From: the human T2T-CHM13v2.0 reference genome, Homo sapiens
Reading direction: 5' to 3' (one strand)
DNA length: 64,000 nucleotides
Assembly (NCBI RefSeq): GCF_009914755.1
Contig: NC_060947.1
Both the position numbers and the translations under genes were made by a program. Every line of letters begins with the position of its first letter. The first letter of the stretch is position 1. The notes beneath the pieces were generated by a model. The model did not search any database and was not told the origin of the DNA. It saw only the letters and a program-made list of their open reading frames with translations. Of the stretch, positions 56,384 through 64,000 are shown in pieces.

Positions 56384-56496
56384 AGTCTAGCTTTTTGGAA
56401 AGTAAATAATCCATTTAAGACAGAACAATAGCCTTGCTCAGCAATCCTCCATACGGACACTTGCTGAACAGTTAAACTCTGTGCAGCTGTTATCTA

Positions 56497-56694
<198 letters not shown>

Positions 56695-57076
56695 TCAAGG
56701 ACCCTGTCTCCAGGTACATGTATCAGGGCCACCAAGAACCATACTCCACTAGCCCAGGACCCCTCCCCAAAGGGCTAGCCTTTCCCTTCAACCTTTTTTT
56801 TTTTTTGGAGGCTCTAAAGCTGCTGGAGATTTCTTAAGTAATACAAATTAAGCTTTCCAGTGGAACACAAGTTTTGTAGGGGCTGGAGAGAGGAAGAAAC
56901 AGGGAGACATTGTTTAATGGGTACAGAGCTTCTGTTTCGGATGATGAAAAAATTCTGAAAGTAGACAGGGAGATGGCTACATGACATTGTGAATGCGGAA
57001 TTGTGCACGTAAAGATGGTTAAATGACAAATCTCGTTGGCTATATTTTACCACAATTTTAAAAAATTAATCATGTA

Positions 57077-57359
57077 GGCCAGGTGTGGTGACTCATGCCT
57101 GTAATCCTAGCACTTTGGGACCCGAGGCAGGTGGATCACCTGAGGTCAGGAGTTCAAAACTAGTTTGGCCAACATACTGAAACCCTGTCTCTACTAAAAA
57201 TACAAAAATTAGCCGGGTGTGGTCACACGCATCTGTAATCCCAGCTATTCAGGAGGTTGAGAATCAATTGAACCCGGCAGGCAGAGGTTGCAGTGAGCCA
57301 AGATTGCACCACTGCACTCCAGCCTGGGTGACAGAGTGAGACTCCGTCAAAAAAAAAAA
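57077..57359 (+). mobile_element. Alu (S-type), sense, inside an L1M 3' fragment (~56875-57450)
   Basis: Dimer; TSD ATCATGTA. Confidence 0.92.
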
Positions 57360-57881
57360 TTATCATGTAATATACCAAAAGCCATTAAATTTAAATGGGT
57401 GACTTGTATGGTATATAAATTATATCTCAATAAGGCTGTTCTTTTAAAAATTCAGAATTCTAGAGAAACTGGCAACTAGTTTTCTGTGCTCCTTGAATGG
57501 CCATGGTTCTGAGAGGCATGGTCATGACGTCAGGCTGGCTTGTTGGGTTGGTTCCAGCAGGGCTGTGAAGACAAGGCCTGTGAGACCCTGACCCCTGTGC
57601 ACCACCGAGGCCACCTGAGTCCACAACAGGTGCCTAAGGAAGGCACAGGAAAGAAAGAAATGCATAATTCTTGAGACAGCTACCAGGTGCTGGTGTCACC
57701 TTTCGGGACCAGAGATCCTTCTTGTAACAGTGCCATTCAACACACGGCCAGCATAGAAGCATCTCATGACAGATCTCACTGAGCAATATACGTCTCCAAG
57801 GCATCAAAAGGGCCCTTGTGAAGAAAGCAATTTAAATCTGCGCTATCCAATGTGGTAGCTGAACACTTACAATGTGGCTAG

Positions 57882-58286
<405 letters not shown>

Positions 58287-58325
58287 TGAATGTATAAAAT
58301 CTCATTAATTATTTTTATCATGATT

Positions 58326-59232
58326 GGGGGAAGAGCCAAGATGGCCGTATAGGAACAGCTCCGGTCTACAGCTCCCAGCGTGAGCAACGCAGAAGACGGG
58401 TGATTTCTGCATTTCCATCTGAGGTACCGGGTTCATCTCACTAGGGAGTGCCAGACATTGGGTGCAGGTCAGTGGGTGCGCGCACCATGTGCGAGCCGAA
58501 GCAGGGCGAGGCACTGCCTCACTTGGGAAGCGCAAGGGGTCAGGGAGTTCCCTTTCCTAGTCAAAGAAAGGGGTGACAGACGGCACCTGGAAAATCGGGT
58601 CACTCCCACCCGAATACTGCGCTTTTCCGATGGGCTTAAAAAACAGCGCACCAGGAGATTATATCCCGCACATGGCTTGGAGGGACGTACACCCATGGAG
58701 TCTCGCTGATTGCTAGCACAGCAGTCTGAGATCAAACTGCAAGGCGGCAGCGAGGCTGGGGGAGGGGCGCCCGCCATTGCCCAGGCTTGTTTAGGTAAAC
58801 AAAGCAGCCGGGAAGCTCGAACTGGGTGGAGCCCACCACAGCTCAAGGAGGCCTGCCTGCCTCTGTAGGCTCCACCTCTGCGGGCAGGGCACAGACAAAC
58901 AAAAAGACAGCAGTAACCTCCGCAGACTTAAATGTCCCTGTCTGACAGCTTTGAAGAGAGCAGTGGTTCTCCCAGCATGCAGCTGGAGATCTGAAAACGG
59001 GCAGACTGCCTCCTCAAGTGGGTCCCTGACCCCTGACCCCCGAGCAGCCTAACTGGGAGGCACCCCCCAGCAGGGGCAGACTGACACCTCACACGGCCGG
59101 TTACTCCAACAGACCTGCAGCTGAGGGTCCTGTCTGTTAGAAGGAAAACTAACAAACAGAAAGGACATCCACACCAAAAACCCATCTGTACATCACCATC
59201 ATCAAAGACCAAAAGTAGATAAAACCACAAAG
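58326..59232. promoter_or_regulatory. L1 5'UTR with sense and antisense promoters; YY1 site CAAGATGGCC intact
   Basis: Sequence matches L1PA 5'UTR; promoter activity inferred from family knowledge only. Confidence 0.7.
58469..58777 (-). CDS. L1 ORF0-like antisense ORF (102 aa, MAGAPPPASLPPCSLISDCC...)
   Basis: Open from ATG at 58777 to stop at 58469; N-terminus matches primate L1 ORF0; expression unknown. Confidence 0.55.
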   Translation of the reverse strand: MAGAPPPASLPPCSLISDCCASNQRDSMGVRPSKPCAGYNLLVRCFLSPSEKRSIRVGVTRFSRCRLSPLSLTRKGNSLTPCASQVRQCLALLRLAHGARTH

Positions 59233-60249
59233 ATGGGGAAAAAACAGAGCAGAAAAACTGGAAACTCTAAAAAGCAGAGCGCCTCTCCTCCTCCAAAGGA
59301 ACGCAGCTCCTCACCAGCAATGGAACAAAGCTGGACAGAGAATGACTTTGATGAGCTGAGAGAAGAAGGCTTCAGACGATCAAATTACTCTGAGCTACGG
59401 GAGGACATTCAAACCAAAGGCAAAGAAGTTGAAAACTTTGAAAAAAATTTAGAAGAATGTATAACTAGAATAACCAATACAGAGAAGTGCTTAAAGGAAC
59501 TGATGGAGCTGAAAACCAAGGCTTGAGAACTACGTGAAGAATGCAGAAGCCTCAGGAGCTGATGCGATCAACTGGAAGAAAGGGTATCAGTGATGGAAGA
59601 TGAAATGAATGAAATGAAGCGAGAAAGGAAGTTTAGAGAAAAAAGAATAAAAAGAAATGAGCAAAGCCTCCAAGAAATATGGGATTATGTGAAAAGACCA
59701 AATCTACATCTGATTGGTGTACCTGAAAGTGACAGGGAGAATGGAACCAAGTTGGAAAACACTCTGCAGGATATTATCCAGGAGAACTTCCCCAATCTAG
59801 CAAGGCAGGCCAACATTCAGATTCAGGAAATACAGAGAACGCCACAAAGATACTCCTCGAGAAGAGCAACTCCAAGACACATAATTGTCAGATTCACCAA
59901 AGTTGAAATGAAGGAAAAAATGTTAAGGGCAGCCAGAGAGAAAGGTCGGGTTACCCTCAAAGGGAAGCCCATCAGACTAACAGCGGATCTCTCGGCAGAA
60001 ACTCTACAAGCCAGAAGAGAGTGGGGGCCAATATTCAACATTCTTAAAGAAAAGAATTTTCAACCCAGAATTTCATATCCAGCCAAACTAAGCTTCATAA
60101 GTGAAGGGGAAATAAAATACTTTATAGACAAGCAAATGCTGAGAGATTTTGTCACCATCAGGCCTGCCCTAAAAGAGCTCCTGAAGGAAACACTAAACAT
60201 AGAAAGGAACAACCGGTACCAGCCACTGCAAAATCATGCCAAAATGTAA
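59233..60249 (+). pseudogene. L1 ORF1p, disrupted
   Basis: MGKKQSRK...QNHAKM with in-frame TGA at 59524 and 59560. Confidence 0.95.
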
Positions 60250-60312
60250 AGACCATCGAGACTAGGAAGAAACTGCATCAACTAATGAGCAAAATAACCA
60301 GCTAACATCATA

Positions 60313-64000
<3,688 letters not shown>

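Overview
This is primate (human-like) genomic DNA, not prokaryotic. The minus strand carries the 3' half of SLC9A7 (NHE7, a trans-Golgi/endosomal Na+(K+)/H+ exchanger; Xp11.3 in human). I reconstructed ten coding exons (56682 down to the TGA at 9922) that splice into one open frame of 1140 nt (379 aa + stop), followed by a ~7.5 kb 3'UTR. A probable non-coding terminal exon of the convergent neighbour CHST7 starts at ~730 on the + strand. The introns hold about 30 Alus, DNA-transposon MITEs, LTRs, old L1 fragments, a PGAM1 processed pseudogene and a near full-length, dead L1PA2/3 running off the right edge. Most notable: three minor-spliceosome (U12-type) introns, one ending in AC with a competing in-frame AG; an L1 antisense promoter with an open ORF0 pointing into the gene from inside that intron; a ~355 bp direct duplication bracketing the last coding exon; a MITE-derived two-way poly(A) signal between the converging genes; a skippable 60-nt exon that looks duplicated; and a candidate poison exon. 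I see no evidence for a wholly new gene system. Repeat subfamily names and repeat boundaries are by-eye estimates.
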